Below are positions 1 to 13,203 of a DNA stretch of 64,000 nucleotides, piece after piece. The stretch is from NCBI GenBank assembly GCA_951406725.2, contig OX597830.1, forward strand, positions 9,796,001 to 9,860,000, in the 5' to 3' direction. A program made the position numbers and the translations under genes. The notes below the pieces were generated by a model that was given only the letters and a program-made list of their open reading frames with translations, searched no databases and had not been told where the DNA came from. Position 1 is the first letter of the stretch; the number at the start of each line of letters is the position of its first letter. Origin of the DNA: Octopus vulgaris (Eukaryota).

Positions 1-93
1 CGATTCTTGAGATATCTTGTCCATGGTGTAACAAACAAACAAGACTGAAAGCAATAACTCTGCCTTCGCTAAGGCGGAGGTGATAATAGTAAT

Positions 94-477
94 AACAAGA
101 GCACTCAGAGAGCGCAAACCTCCGCCAAGATAACACCAAAGTCCTCTCAACAATTAGCCAGAGATGATTTTTAAAAATAAGAATATCTAAAATAAACTCG
201 ACTGCTCTCACAAACGAGAATACTAAACATGAACCCGACCGCTCTCAAAAGTTAAGGAAAATAAATAACTTTATTAACACAGGAAAAATAATCCAGAATC
301 CTTGTCCGGTACCGGATCGATCTCAAAATCTAATCAGTTCGTGTCAGCCACTAGGTCAAAGATCTCTGAAAGTTTCATCCGAATCCATACAGTGGATCTT
401 GAGATATCCTGTCCACAGACAAACAAACACGACTGAAAAAACAATACCTCTGCCTTCGCTAAGGCGGAGGTGATAAC
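94..477. mobile_element. Helentron/DINE-1-like non-autonomous element (second copy of a tandem pair; first copy's end at 1-87)
   Basis: Subterminal inverted repeats ACCTCCGCC (118-126) and GGCGGAGGT (463-471), hairpin ACCTCTGCCTT-CGCT-AAGGCGGAGGT at one end, GCACTC-AGA-GAGCGC stem at the other; 401-477 repeats 9-87. Confidence 0.55.
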
Positions 478-931
478 AAAGATGGCCAAAAACAAGAAAA
501 AAGAAAGAATGAGAAAAGGGAAAAAAAATATCTAAAGCAACAACAACTTCAACAGCGACAACAATGAGCAGCAAAAGCAGTCGATAAAATAAGAAACCGG
601 AAAGACAATACCAGGAGTAGGAACAGCGAAGAGAACACTTGCCACAACCACGATGACAACAACAACAGCAACAACAGCATCAAATCGATAGAATTGCGTG
701 GGCGATAGAAAGATCGATTCTTATTTTGTTTTATTTCTTGTTGTGAACTAGTGAACGCCTATGCGCTAGTTCCATTAGCTAGAAATAGAAGTCAAATGTC
801 CGACATGCCGTCATAACATTTGTCGTGTCACGCGATATACTTGAAAAGCGGAATGGTCACGCTTGGAAAGTATTGGTTATTAATTTAAACCAAAAACACA
901 GAGCTGATCTGGGACTTAACAGCAATGACTT

Positions 932-1270
932 CTACTTGTTTCGGCCATTGAACTGCGGTCATGCTGGAGCACCACTTTGAAGATATTAGTTGAATAAATC
1001 AACCTCTAGGATACTTAATTTAAGAGTTTTGAGTTTTGTTTTGTCGCACTGCTAGTAAACGGGGACGTAAACAAACCGACACAGTATCCAAGCAGTAGTG
1101 GAGTCAAAGAGAAACACACACACACACACAGATATATGTGACCGGCTTCCTTATAGCTTTCGTCGGTCCCGGGATATACCGGAAGAAACTTGACTAAGGT
1201 GTCATGTAGTGAAACTAGACTCAAAACCACGTGGCTGCAAAACGGAGTTCTTAACCACGCAGACATGATG
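932..1270 (-). mobile_element. tRNA-derived SINE family B, degenerate copy
   Basis: Matches reverse complement of the full copy at 3375-3792 (CATGCTGGAGCACC, AACCACGTGG). Confidence 0.75.
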
Positions 1271-1601
1271 CCCGCACTTATATATCACTGTAATAAAAAG
1301 ACAATACTAAGAAAAAAATGTGTATTATAATCTATAACAACAACAGCAACAACAACAACAACAGCAGTAACAACAACAACAACAGTAGTAACAACAAGAA
1401 AAGCAACGAATATGTAATGCTGACGTAAGTACGGATTTTTCAGCTAGGATAAGCCAGAGACAAGGTCAGGCTGACATTTGAAATGTGAATGTAGGTGGTA
1501 GCGTCTGCAAATATCGATTTATTGGTTGTTGTACTGGTTTTCTTTTAAGAGGTCCTAAAGAAGACTGTAAGAGGTAAAGAGAGCGACAGATAGACGGATA
1601 T

Positions 1602-1661
<60 letters not shown>

Positions 1662-1693
1662 TTTATTTTAAGCAGCAGAAAATTCAACAAAAT

Positions 1694-1731
1694 CTGTTAC
1701 TCTGAGTTTCTCGTTGCCGTTCATCAGACAG
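1694..1731 (-). ncRNA. Minimal type I hammerhead ribozyme motif in PLE-type module (1661-1735)
   Basis: Minus strand CUGU-CUGAUGA-A-CG-GCAA-CG-A-GAAA-CUC-A-GAG-UA-ACAG; stem I CUGU/ACAG, near-palindromic stem III, GUA cleavage triplet; same family as 21321-21556. Confidence 0.75.
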
Positions 1732-1745
1732 TTGCATATATATAT

Positions 1746-1782
<37 letters not shown>

Positions 1783-1920
1783 CAAGCATACATACATAAA
1801 TACATATATACATGCATACATACATACATATATATATATAGATAGATAGATAAATAGATAGATATGTGTGGTGCGTATATATACATATATATACATTTGT
1901 ATGGGCATGTATGTGTGTGC

Positions 1921-1962
<42 letters not shown>

Positions 1963-1963
1963 G

Positions 1964-2061
<98 letters not shown>

Positions 2062-2067
2062 TGTGTG

Positions 2068-2113
<46 letters not shown>

Positions 2114-2454
2114 GGATCCCCGTCTTTCATTTGCCATATATATATATACATATATATATATTATACAGTATGAATATATTATGTATATAAATATAAAAGT
2201 TCTTAAGTATGTACATAATTATAAATAAGGGAAAATTCACGTGTCTCTATCTATCTATCTATCTATCTATCTACTATCTATCTATCTACACACAAACAGA
2301 ATTTACTAAAAAAATGTTTATAATCCAACGTGTGTGCTCATGAAACAAATCTGCGCTTTCCAGTATTGAAGAGTATGTATATAGGTATTTTATTTCTAAT
2401 GAGGTATGCATACTAGTTGAAATTTCTAGTGAGTGGAGGAAAGTTTTAAGTCCA

Positions 2455-3180
2455 TTACATCGACCCACATGCTCAAATGGTACTCGTTTTATCGACCAGT
2501 GAGGAATTTGAACTCACAACGTGAGGATTAACGAAATGCTGTTAAGTGTTTTCCCCGGGCTGCTAACGGTTCAGCCAGCTCGTCACCATATATTAAGTAT
2601 ATATTTCTTTCTTATAGGCTGAAGGCCTGGATCTTGTAGGGAGGTGGACAGTCGATCACATCGACCCTAATACTCAAACGGTACTTAATTTATCGACTCC
2701 GAAAGGATGAAAGGCAAAGTCGACCTCGGCGGAATTTGAACTCAGAATGTAGCGACGGGCGAAATACCTATTTCTTTATTACTCACAAGGGGCTAAACAT
2801 AGAGGGGACAAACAAGGACAGACATATGTATCAAGTCGATTACATCGACCCAGTGCGTAACTGGTACTTAGTTTATCGACCCTGAAAAGATCAAAGGGAA
2901 AGTCGACCTCGGCGGAATTTGAACTCACAACGTAACGACAGACGAAATACCTATTTCTTTATTACCCACATGGGCTAAACATAGAGGGGACAAACAAGGA
3001 CAGATATAGGTATCAAGTCAATTTCATAGACCCAGTGCGTAACTGGTACTTAGTTTATCGACCCTGAAAAGATCAAAAGCAAAGTCGACCTCGGCGGAAT
3101 TTGAACTCACAACGTAACGGCAGACGAAATACGGCTACGCATTTCGCCCGGCGTGCTAACGTTTCTGCCAGCACGCTGCT
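2455..3180 (-). mobile_element. SINE family A, tandem array of partial units plus a degenerate copy
   Basis: Repeated GTCGACCTCGGCGGAATTTGAACTCA; GAAATACCTATTTCTTTATT at 2761 and 2944 (183-bp period); head at about 3130-3180. Confidence 0.85.
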
Positions 3181-3374
3181 TTCACCAGAGCTAATAATGA
3201 CAAACCTTACCTATTAAATATTGTTAAAATGCAATGTACATAAGCAATTTAGTTTAAAAACAACGGACAACCAGCAGTGAGACTGTTTTTAGCAAATCCC
3301 CAAATGGGGCTCACGGTAGGCAATGTGTTAATTATAATGTTATAAATGAATTAAATTTATAATATGTATATATA

Positions 3375-3792
3375 GGCGCAGGAGTGGCTGTGTGGTAAGT
3401 AGCTTGTTTACCAACCACATGGTTCTGGGTTCAGTCCCACTGCATGGCACCTTGGGTAAGTGTCTTCTACTATAGCCTCGGGCCGACCAATGCCTTGTGA
3501 GTGGATTTGGTAGACGGAAACTGAAAGAAGTCCGTCGTATATATGTATATGCATATATATGTATATGTATGTATGTGTGTGTTTGTGTGTCTGTGTTTGT
3601 CCCCCTAGCATTGCTTGACAACCGATGGTGGTGTGTTTACGTGCCCATCACTTAGCGGTTCGGCAAAAGAGACCAATAGAATAAGTACTGAGCTTACAAA
3701 GAATAAGTCCCGGGGTCGAGTTGCTCGATTAAAGGCGGTGCTCCAGCATGGCCGCAGTCAAATGACTGAAACAAGTAAAAGAGTAAAAGAGT
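3375..3792 (+). mobile_element. tRNA-derived SINE family B, full-length copy
   Basis: Head GGCGCAGGAGTGGCTGTGTGGTAAG with A-box and B-box-like GGTTCAGTCCC, CORE-like ACCTTGGG, internal TA/TG microsatellite, GTAAAAGA tail repeats; near-identical copy at 17911-18302. Confidence 0.9.
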
Positions 3793-4226
3793 ATATGGGA
3801 TCTATGAGTAATTACAGGTGCGAGATACCACATGTTTTCTACATGTATGTACCTATTGTGAATTATATTATATATATATAAAATTGTTATGTGTATATTG
3901 TATGGAGTCGGGAACTGCCAGATATCGATGGTATCAATGTGCTGCACTTCTTAAGTGGCAGTCGTCGGTGACTACATGGAAGCCAGGCTTTGCTACCAGG
4001 ATATATAGTATAACAGTGTCTTTCAAATTTCTGATGTTGCAAATAGCCAACAGGATTTTTTTTAAAGTCATTATTAATGAGATTTGGCTGCTATGTGGAC
4101 TTTATATATGTAATTAAAATAATGAGGGTAGAAACCGATATCAATCAATTAACATCAATTTAAACCAGTTGTCTAGCATATTCAAATTCAAAAAGAATTG
4201 CGAAGATTTAAATTTTTTAATCTTCG

Positions 4227-4291
<65 letters not shown>

Positions 4292-4294
<3 letters not shown>

Positions 4295-4861
4295 GGTGAT
4301 TGGAAAGTTACTCCCTATTTTAAAATGCTTATAATTTATTTATTAACTATAATTTTTTTCTCAAATTTATTATGTTCTTTAATGTATGGGAATTGATTCT
4401 TCGCTTTTTTTTCAGATTGATTATGTTGTTTGAAATTTAGAAGCCCTACAAACATGGCTGGATGTTTTACTGTGCAGGAGCGTGGCCAGATAGCTGCACA
4501 TTACGAAGTTTGAAGATCAGTTGTTCAAGTGCAAAGATGGTGGAGGACCTTTAGAGGAAGACATGCTCAAGTTGATGCAAAGATAATCAAGAATTGCCAT
4601 GCAAAATTCATGACTACAGGATTTGTAGCTGATACTTAAAGTGGTCGTCCTTCCAATTCATCAAGGTCTACATGACTGGCTGGCCAGAAGCCCTGATTTA
4701 ACACCCTGCAACTGTTTTCTGGTGGTGAATGCCGATGCCTATATCAAATTTTAAATAAAATTCCATGGTATACACTTTCTTTACATATTCGTTTTTTCTA
4801 AAAGTTATAGTTAATAAATAAATTATAAATATTTCAAAATAGGGAGTTACTTTTCAATCAT

Positions 4862-4865
<4 letters not shown>
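4292..4865 (+). mobile_element. Internally deleted Tc1/mariner DNA transposon
   Basis: About 65-bp TIRs (CAGGGTGATTGGAAAGTTACTCCCTATTTT.../...AAAATAGGGAGTTACTTTTCAATCATCCT) in (TA)n; transposase remnants ending ...SGRPS and WLARSPDLTPCN. Confidence 0.85.
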
Positions 4866-4913
<48 letters not shown>

Positions 4914-4950
4914 TATATACATATATACATATATATATACATATATACAT

Positions 4951-5010
<60 letters not shown>

Positions 5011-5699
5011 GTCAAGAGGTATGAGACGTGAATATATTTGTTTAACCACTTGATGATTGTTAGTTTACGGCTGTTTCGCAGACTTTATAATGCAATGACA
5101 ATTTCAGCATTTAATAAATCATTTTACATGTCTACCCCAATATGCATGCTACGCATTGTGCAATACAATTGTACATTTACATGTAGATATAGAACTGCAG
5201 CTCTTCGGATCACCAGAACATCATGCTTACACCAACGCTTCAACATCAGAAGAATCATCAGTTTTTGAAGAACCGACAGGGGAAATCGCATTTTAGTGTC
5301 TCGAACGCTTTAACTAAAAAATATTACATCGGAAGAACTTATCGATAACATCAATCTCTCTCTAAAGCCGAAGTTGTTTGTAGAATGAATGGCTGTTTCA
5401 TTGTTTCCGGTAAACTTGATCGACTGACACTTCAAATATTAACATCAATTAGGAATCGATATTTCGAGGAAAAAAGAATCATAAATCTAGTCTCTTTTCG
5501 TAAGAACTTTGATTCTTGGCGCAAAATAATTTTTCGAAGACGCTTGTCACGATATCTTGAAAGTCTAAACACATTCAGATATTTCTTCCCAGGCATTGAT
5601 GTTATCTTTCATGTTACGACATTATCCGCCAATTGGTTCAGTAATAAACGGACAAACTTTCTCTGTGCTGTGGCGACATGGAGTAGATCGATCTTGCGG

Positions 5700-6150
5700 A
5701 AGAAAGGCGCAATGATCTAATTCTATTCGATATATAAGGAAATATGCAGAGCGTAAAAGACATTAACAAAAAGAAAAGAAAAAACTGAGGAGCCCCTTGT
5801 TTTGGGACATGTGAAGTAATTGAACAAGGAACAACCAGAAGACTCAAGTATGGGAAGGAATTGTAAGGAATTCAAATACAAAGAAACAAAAATCTTATCT
5901 ATTGCCTTACATGGCCACAGTGCAACGAGAATTACACTCGGGTAACAGGAACAAAACTAACCAGCCGCGTCAACGTGCATAAACAGCAGATTAAAGATTT
6001 GTCTTTGAGAAATGTTCCATGCAGTAAACATCTCGACGTTTGTGCAAGTGGAATATTTAAAAACTATTTTATATGAGTTCTAAATCCGAAATTAAACCGG
6101 AAATAACACCATTACTAAAACAACTTCCTCTATACGCATTAGGTCAGAAC
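5700..6150 (+). pseudogene. Penelope-like element GIY-YIG endonuclease remnant (Neptune-like)
   Basis: Translation GAPCFGTCEVIEQG then NLIYCLTWPQCNENYTRVTGTKLTSRVNVHKQQIKD...PCSKHLDVCA, resembling the PLE Cys linker and GIY-YIG domain; frameshifted and stop-containing. Confidence 0.75.
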
Positions 6151-7674
6151 ATACGTATTTGAAGTTGAACAAGGAAAACTCATCTTACACACAAAATACA
6201 CACTATATGCAAAGTTTACACAATATGCAAAGTTTATAGAATTTCACCAACCTAAAGGTTGGTGACATTCTGTAAAATATTATTTTAGGTAATAACTGAA
6301 AAAAAAAAAAATTACACGACGTGCTTCTTCCAGATTTCGTCTACCAAATACACTAAAAGGATTTGGTCTGCCCAGGACTATAGTCAAAGACACTTTCCCG
6401 AGTTAATACGCACTGGGACAGAAGTTGGAACTTTGTGATTTTGGAAAAAAGATGATTTATTGTTTTTCACACTTTTATTCGCTCATTACACGGTTGACTA
6501 ATCGGGTAATATTTAGTGAAAGAATGATGTTTTACGACAGCTATTCCGCAATGCGCGAACTTGACAGATACTGATTGAACGAGATGGATTACTAGGTTGA
6601 ATATATGGAAACATAAAATGCCAGCATAAATGGCCGTGGTGCTAAGGTACCAGTACACCATGACAACTGTTAAATCAGTTTACTTTGGTTTCGAATAGGA
6701 AGACTCTGGTTTGTCCGATAAATGATAGTTATCGGACTAAAATCTTCTACAATAAAGACATGTCAGTCGATCAAATGATCTTGCTGACTGTATTAATACC
6801 AAATTTCTCTGTTTGACATTAATAATTTTGCAGTTTCAGAATTTAATGAATATGGACGTGGTTTTGACATCGATTCTCGTGTTACTGCAGCTCGTTCAAT
6901 CGTATTGCTTTCTGTGTCGATCCATTTTCTCATTTCCAGAAAAAATGAGGTAAATATATGGAAACAACCTTCTCCCTTCATGTGAACAGGGGTAAATGTT
7001 GAAATTTACAAATGTTGAAATTGTTTGCCGCGAGTCATGTGTAACTCCTTTTAGTACTGACCGGGCATGATGCCGATGCGCTATTTATAACTACCTTAGA
7101 AATAAAATGTCTTCTGAGTGACAGACAGGGTAGATTTCTGTAGTTACAAAAGGCCACGTATGGAGTGAATGTATAATGTGGGGTGTGCATTGCGATATCA
7201 TTCTTTCAATCAAATCGAAAAATGATAAATTAAACATTATTAAAGAATTTCATGTATTTTGATGCCCTTAGGAATATCTAAGAATACGCAGTACAAAAGA
7301 ACCCTACAGTATAAGGGACAGCATATTGGATAGTGTTAAGAATGTTGTAGAGAACCAATACATGGAAGTTCACTTGGTTTAATCCGCCATGGAATCTGTA
7401 CATGCAAACATATGAGTATACTCATGGAGACATCAGTACTTGTCGTATGTATATGTTGTCATGTATGTAATTATGCCACATGCAATGACAAATTGCATGT
7501 GGCTAGCATTCAAACATCATTGTATACTGCGGTTAATAAACTCACTTTGCAATCGCACAGATTTGGGTTCATTCCCAGTGTTCAGCACCATGGGCAAGCG
7601 CTTTGTGCTCTAAACCAGGACCAACCGTTGCCGTATGTATGAATTTGTGCATACACACACAAACACACACACAC

Positions 7675-7718
<44 letters not shown>

Positions 7719-7721
7719 ATG

Positions 7722-8046
7722 AAATCGCGTGGCTTAATATTTTGGGTGATCGGCTCAGGATCGTAAAGTGTTGAGTACGATACCCCGCGGCGCGTTGTGT
7801 CCTTGAGCAAGACACTTTATTTCTTGTTTCTCTCGTTTAGTCGGCTGGCACAAATGAGTAGTACCTGTGTTTCAAAGGGCTAGTCATGCCACAATTTGTG
7901 TCACGCTAAATCTCTCTGAGAAGTACGTTAAGGGTACGTGTATCTTTGGAGTGCTCAACGACTTGCATGTCAATTTCACGCACGAACAGGCTGCCCTGTT
8001 GATAGGATCAACTGGAACGTTTTTCATCGTAACTGACGGAATGCCA
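7722..8046 (+). mobile_element. tRNA-derived SINE (head D, tail shared with family C)
   Basis: GTGTCCTTGAGCAAGACACTTTA core; 3' part matches 55798-56000 reverse complement. Confidence 0.75.
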
Positions 8047-8048
8047 GT

Positions 8049-8090
<42 letters not shown>

Positions 8091-8953
8091 GTGGTGGGAA
8101 TATATATGTATGTGTGGGTGTCTATGTGTTTCTGTCCCTTTGTTTCCATAACATTCGAACGTATATTGTTGGCCTGTTTATATTCCTGTAATGTAGTGAT
8201 TTGATAAATGTCTCCGATAAAATAAGAACCGAATTTTAAAAGATGTTTATTTGTTCGACTAAGCCCTCCGTAGTGGTCCCCAGCAAGACCGCAGTGCACT
8301 AACTAAACCAAGTGGAAAATATACTCTATATACATTACAACTGAATATATTTGCAATCATACTTGGGAGACGCACCGTTATTCAGTTCTAAATCCTGCAT
8401 GCTCAATATGAAATATATATTTATATCGGGTTTTATGTTAACGTCTGCTTATACCTGTCGTCGTCGGGTTTTTCTTGATGTGTCAAATCCAGTGTATTAT
8501 ATTCCGATTTTAACTAGATTTATAAGCGTTCGTTGATAGCGTTTATTTATCGTTCAAATATTTTGATTTGTTTTCATTTAAACAGGCGACATTTGCAAAT
8601 GGATATCAATTGAAACATGATCAATGTCTTTCCAAAGTTGAGGTTAATAGATTTTATTCAAGTTTGTGATTTGTAGATTTGCTTTGTATAACTTTTGTAT
8701 GAGGTTATATTTCATTTTAGACATTTGGAAGATATAATATTTAGGGATCACACACACACATACACAAATACGCGCACACGTACAGACATATTTATTATGT
8801 AATTGTATATGTGTATATATGCATGAACATATATGTATGTATATATATATGCCTGTATGCATGAATAACATATTCTTCAACACGAACACAGATTCATATA
8901 TATTTCATATATATATATATACATGCATAAACACACATATATATATATGCCTA

Positions 8954-9035
<82 letters not shown>

Positions 9036-9042
9036 TATGTGT

Positions 9043-9080
<38 letters not shown>

Positions 9081-9225
9081 CGTCGATCTTCGTACTGGAG
9101 AACAGATGTTGTGTATTGTATATTGAATGTGTAAATATCTTCATTAAAATAAATATGGAAAGTAAGAATGACTTTTATTTATGAGATAGTATGGCAATTG
9201 TCTCTCAGTATATAAATGTAGAGAT

Positions 9226-10770
9226 AGGTGCAGGCGCAGTGGTGTGATAGGAAACTTGATTCCCAACCACATGGCTTCGGGTTCAGTCTCATTGCGTGGA
9301 ACCTTGGGCAGGTGTCTTCTACTATAGCATCGGCCGTCCAAAGACTAGTGAGTGGGTTTGGTAAATGGAAAGTAAACCTGCAGTGTATATATACATGTGT
9401 GTGTGTGTGTGTGTAGATATATATTTATAGACAGTGTAGTCAGACATGACAGGAAAGAGACGTAAAAACACCCTATAAAACATCGTTTTATGTTCATTTT
9501 AACCCGAAAATGTTTATATCTTTTTAATTAATTGACATTTTTATGATTCATGTTCGATATGTAACTGTTTAATCATGTCCCATATAAAAGAAACCTTGGA
9601 ACTGTCCGAATTTCAAGGTGGCCCTATTGTGAGAGAGTCAGAAGATGGACTTAGCGTAAAATCGCAGAAAAACCTTGGGATCCTGCTTTCTATTCTAAAT
9701 AGAGCTATTGTGCAAATCACCAGGTTTGACCAGAGCCCTTTGACAGGATCCTTCACTTTGCTAAGAGAGGTGTGGAGGATAATCCTCGTTTCAAGGCTTC
9801 TGTCACGGCAGAACAGGTTGATTTCAGTCCCAGAACAGCTGTCAGGTATCTCCACAAACTTGGCTACTGTGACAGAGCAAGAAAAAAGAAGCCACTTCTT
9901 CGACCAGTCAATATGAAGCAGAGAAAAACTGGGCTAATGAGATGGTGGAGAGGCCAGTAGCATTCTGGGACACTGTCATATTCTCTGATGACTCCAGATG
10001 TGCTGTATTTTCTGACAGTGGTCAGTGAGTATCTAGAGACACTGATTAAGAATTTGACGTGAAAAGATGGTAGCCAAAAATCAAACAATTTTGTAATGGT
10101 TTGAGAAGTAATTTGGAGCAAAGGTCAATCAGAGCCGGTGGAGTGTGAGGGAAAAATAAAAACTCAGATAAATATGAGTCCATTCTGCAGGAAAGACTCC
10201 TTCCAATCTTCTCAAGTGCTCAAATGATTAAAGAAGACTTTATGGAAGATGGGACTCCTTGTCACACAGCTAAAAAGACCCAAGATTGGTTGAAAGAGAA
10301 TGGGATTAAAAATCTTCCATGGCCAAGCCAGCCACTAGATATGAGCCTTTTTGAATACCTTTGGAGCATAATGGACAAGACTTCATAAAAAGAACTAGAA
10401 AGCATCCCCAAATCCAGATCTTTTGTGATTCCTGCATGAAAATTGGCAACAAATTTCTCAATTGAATATTCGTCATCTGATCAGACTAATAGGGTCTTTG
10501 CATTGAAAAATGTAAAGAGCATGTCTACTAAATATCAGATATTCACATTATAACAATTAATAAGTAATTTGAATGTGTAATTTCAGATTTAACCGATATT
10601 GTTGTGTTTATGTCCCCGTAACTTTGCTGTTCGGCCAAGGAGACCGAGAGAATAAGTACTAAGCTTACAAAGAATAAGTCCTGGGGTCGATTTGTTCGAC
10701 TAAAGTTTGTACTCCAGCATGGTCGCAGTCAAATGACTGAAAGAAGTAAAAGAATAAAAGCATAAAAGAA
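9226..10770 (+). mobile_element. SINE family B split by a Tc1 insertion (head 9226-9380, tail about 10597-10770)
   Basis: Head GGTGCAGGCGCAGTGGTGTGATAGG...ACCTTGGGCAGGTGTCTTCTACTATAGC; tail GAATAAGTCCTGGGGTCGATTTGTTCGAC. Confidence 0.75.
9432..10590 (+). mobile_element. Decayed Tc1-like (DD34E) transposon
   Basis: Frameshifted transposase 9575-10530 with ARKKPLL, VIFSDD and DGTPCH...WPSQPLDMSLFE (34 residues between D and E); CAGTG left end; right TIR not found. Confidence 0.85.
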
Positions 10771-10804
10771 TATATCTATGTGTATACTCGTGTGCGCGTA
10801 TGTC

Positions 10805-10858
<54 letters not shown>

Positions 10859-11399
10859 TCAAACAGAACGTATTGCGAGTATGAATTTAATCTCAGTTTC
10901 GTTGATTTTAAAAACTCTATCGCTAGCTTAGATGGCAGAAATTAAATCGAAAACATTCTTTTAGCAGTTAATATTTGAAATGTAAACTTTTTTTCAGATT
11001 CCGTTTTATCGTCTGCATAAACGGTTACAATAAATAATTTAGTTAAATTTTTCAAATAAGATCCGGCAAGTATTATACCATCTGTTTAAACATTTATCTG
11101 AGACAGTATTTTACTAAACATTTTGACTGAATATTTGCACGTCTTTCTACATTATTAAAAGACTAGAATTTATCTTTATCTTTTGAAATATTTTGACGTG
11201 AATTTCGTAAGCGATATGTCTATCACTGTAGGGATTTTTAAAGCAAATTTGAACGTTAGACCACTTGAGTTGGAATAGACTCCCGTTGTTTCGAAAACTG
11301 TTTTATCATGACTTTCTCTTTCTTTTTATTGTATATCTATACAAAAAATTATTCCAAAAACAACCATTTTGACGATTAATACTTCCCTCAATCAAAATG

Positions 11400-12388
11400 A
11401 TGAGATGGCAGAAGTGTTAGCGCGCCGGATAAAATGCTATGCGGTATTTCGTCTACCTTTAAGTTCTAAGTTCAAATTCCGCCTATGTCGACTTTGCCTT
11501 TAATCGTTTCAGAGTCGATAAAATAAATACCAGTTGAGCAATGTGGTCGATGCAATCGACTTCCACCCACTCAGGAAACTGTTGGCCTTAAGCTAAGAAT
11601 TTAAAACCAATATTTTCCCCCAATCAGGGCGTCGAGATAGCAAAGCCGTTAGTACGCCGGACAAAATATGTTGTCCGTCGTTATGTTCTGAGTTCAAATT
11701 CCACCGAGGTCGACTTTGTCCTTTACCCTTTTGGGGTACATAAAATAAATACCAGTTGGACACCGGGGGATCGATATAATCGATCTATCTTCTTCCAAAT
11801 TGCTGGTCTTGTGTGAGTTGTCAGAAAAGTTGGCACGCCAGACAAATTACTTCACGACATTTCATTCATCTTTACGTTTTCATTTCAAATTCCGCGAAGT
11901 CAGCCATGCCATTCATACTTTTGGAATCGGTAAAATAAGTACCGGCTGACCACTTGGGTCGATGAAGTTGTCTTATTACCACTCCCCGAAACTGTTGGTC
12001 GTGTGCCAAAATTTGAGAACAAAATTTTCTTTAATCGGCATGAATTTTTTTTATGCGTGCGTATGTGTTGTAGTGAGAATGTACATACAAATTGGCCGAT
12101 GTGGTTACAGTGCTGACTTTTGTATCTGCCGATATCTGTTTAAATTCTCTGCGCTGAAAGTTCAAATCACGCGGAGGACAGTTTTGTCGTTGAGCCTTTC
12201 GGAGCAGACAAAAATGTAGTAATGAAGTGAGTGGATTAGCGGAATTGTTAAAGGATTAGGTGGTGTGGTTCGACTTTACCTTTCATTGCGTCGGGGTCGA
12301 TAAAATAAGTATCAGTTGAGTACTGGGATCGGCATAATCGACTAGCCCCCTCTCTAAAAATGTCAAGAACTATGCGTATAGTAGAAAG
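11400..12388 (+). mobile_element. Cluster of four degenerate SINE family A copies
   Basis: Repeated GTTCAAATTCC...GTCGACTTTG...GATAAAATAAGTACCAGT at about 11400, 11630, 11815 and 12230. Confidence 0.75.
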
Positions 12389-12890
12389 GAGAGCAGCAAA
12401 AGCTGTCAAAGTGACACTAAAGTACAAATATACGAAAGCCCAATGTACTTATCATGACTACCCGTCTGATAAGGGTCCACCAGGCACATGCTTCACAATC
12501 ATATGTGCGGAACATGGTGATCTCATATCAAGATAAACAGTGCATAACCTTGCAGATGAGGCCGGGGTCCCTGAATAATGGTTGTTTAAGGATGCTGAGT
12601 GAAACACTCATGTTTCCAGAGATGAATTGTTCAAACCCTAAAGAATTCTTCTCATCACATGATTATGATGCTCCCCCACCAGTTCCGAACTTGATCAGAG
12701 ATGCATATATCGTCAGTCACTAAGGGACATGATCAACTGGTTAAGGCTAAACAACTGACAAGCAAATCTATGTATTGAGCAGAATATTTGCTGTAGCCCA
12801 TCTTTTATACCAAAACAAAACAATGTACATGATAACACTTCCAATCAGTTAAGATCAGAAGCCATGAGAGCCACTGCCTGGTACTGCATC
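12388..12890 (-). mobile_element. Non-coding interspersed repeat family E adjacent to (TTA)n
   Basis: Reverse complement of 48780-49265; partial copy at 48405-48515; no ORF resembling a transposon protein. Confidence 0.7.
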
Positions 12891-12891
12891 A

Positions 12892-12982
<91 letters not shown>

Positions 12983-12990
12983 CATTATTA
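12888..12990. repeat. (TTA)n microsatellite
   Basis: Direct reading. Confidence 0.95.
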
Positions 12991-13203
12991 AGGCGGTGAG
13001 CTGGCAGAATCGATACCACACCGGGCGAAATGCTTAGTGTATTTCGTCTGTCGTTAGTTTCTGAGTTCAAATTCCACCGTCGTCGATTTTGCCTTCATCC
13101 TTTCGGGGGTCGTTAAATTAAGTACCAGTAAAACACTGGGGCCCATGTAATTGTCTATTTCCCCCCTCCCTCATAGTTCAGACCTTGTGCCTATAGTAGA
13201 AAT
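12990..13203 (+). mobile_element. SINE family A
   Basis: AAGGCGGTGAGCTGGCAGAA head, GAGTTCAAATTCC B-box. Confidence 0.85.
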
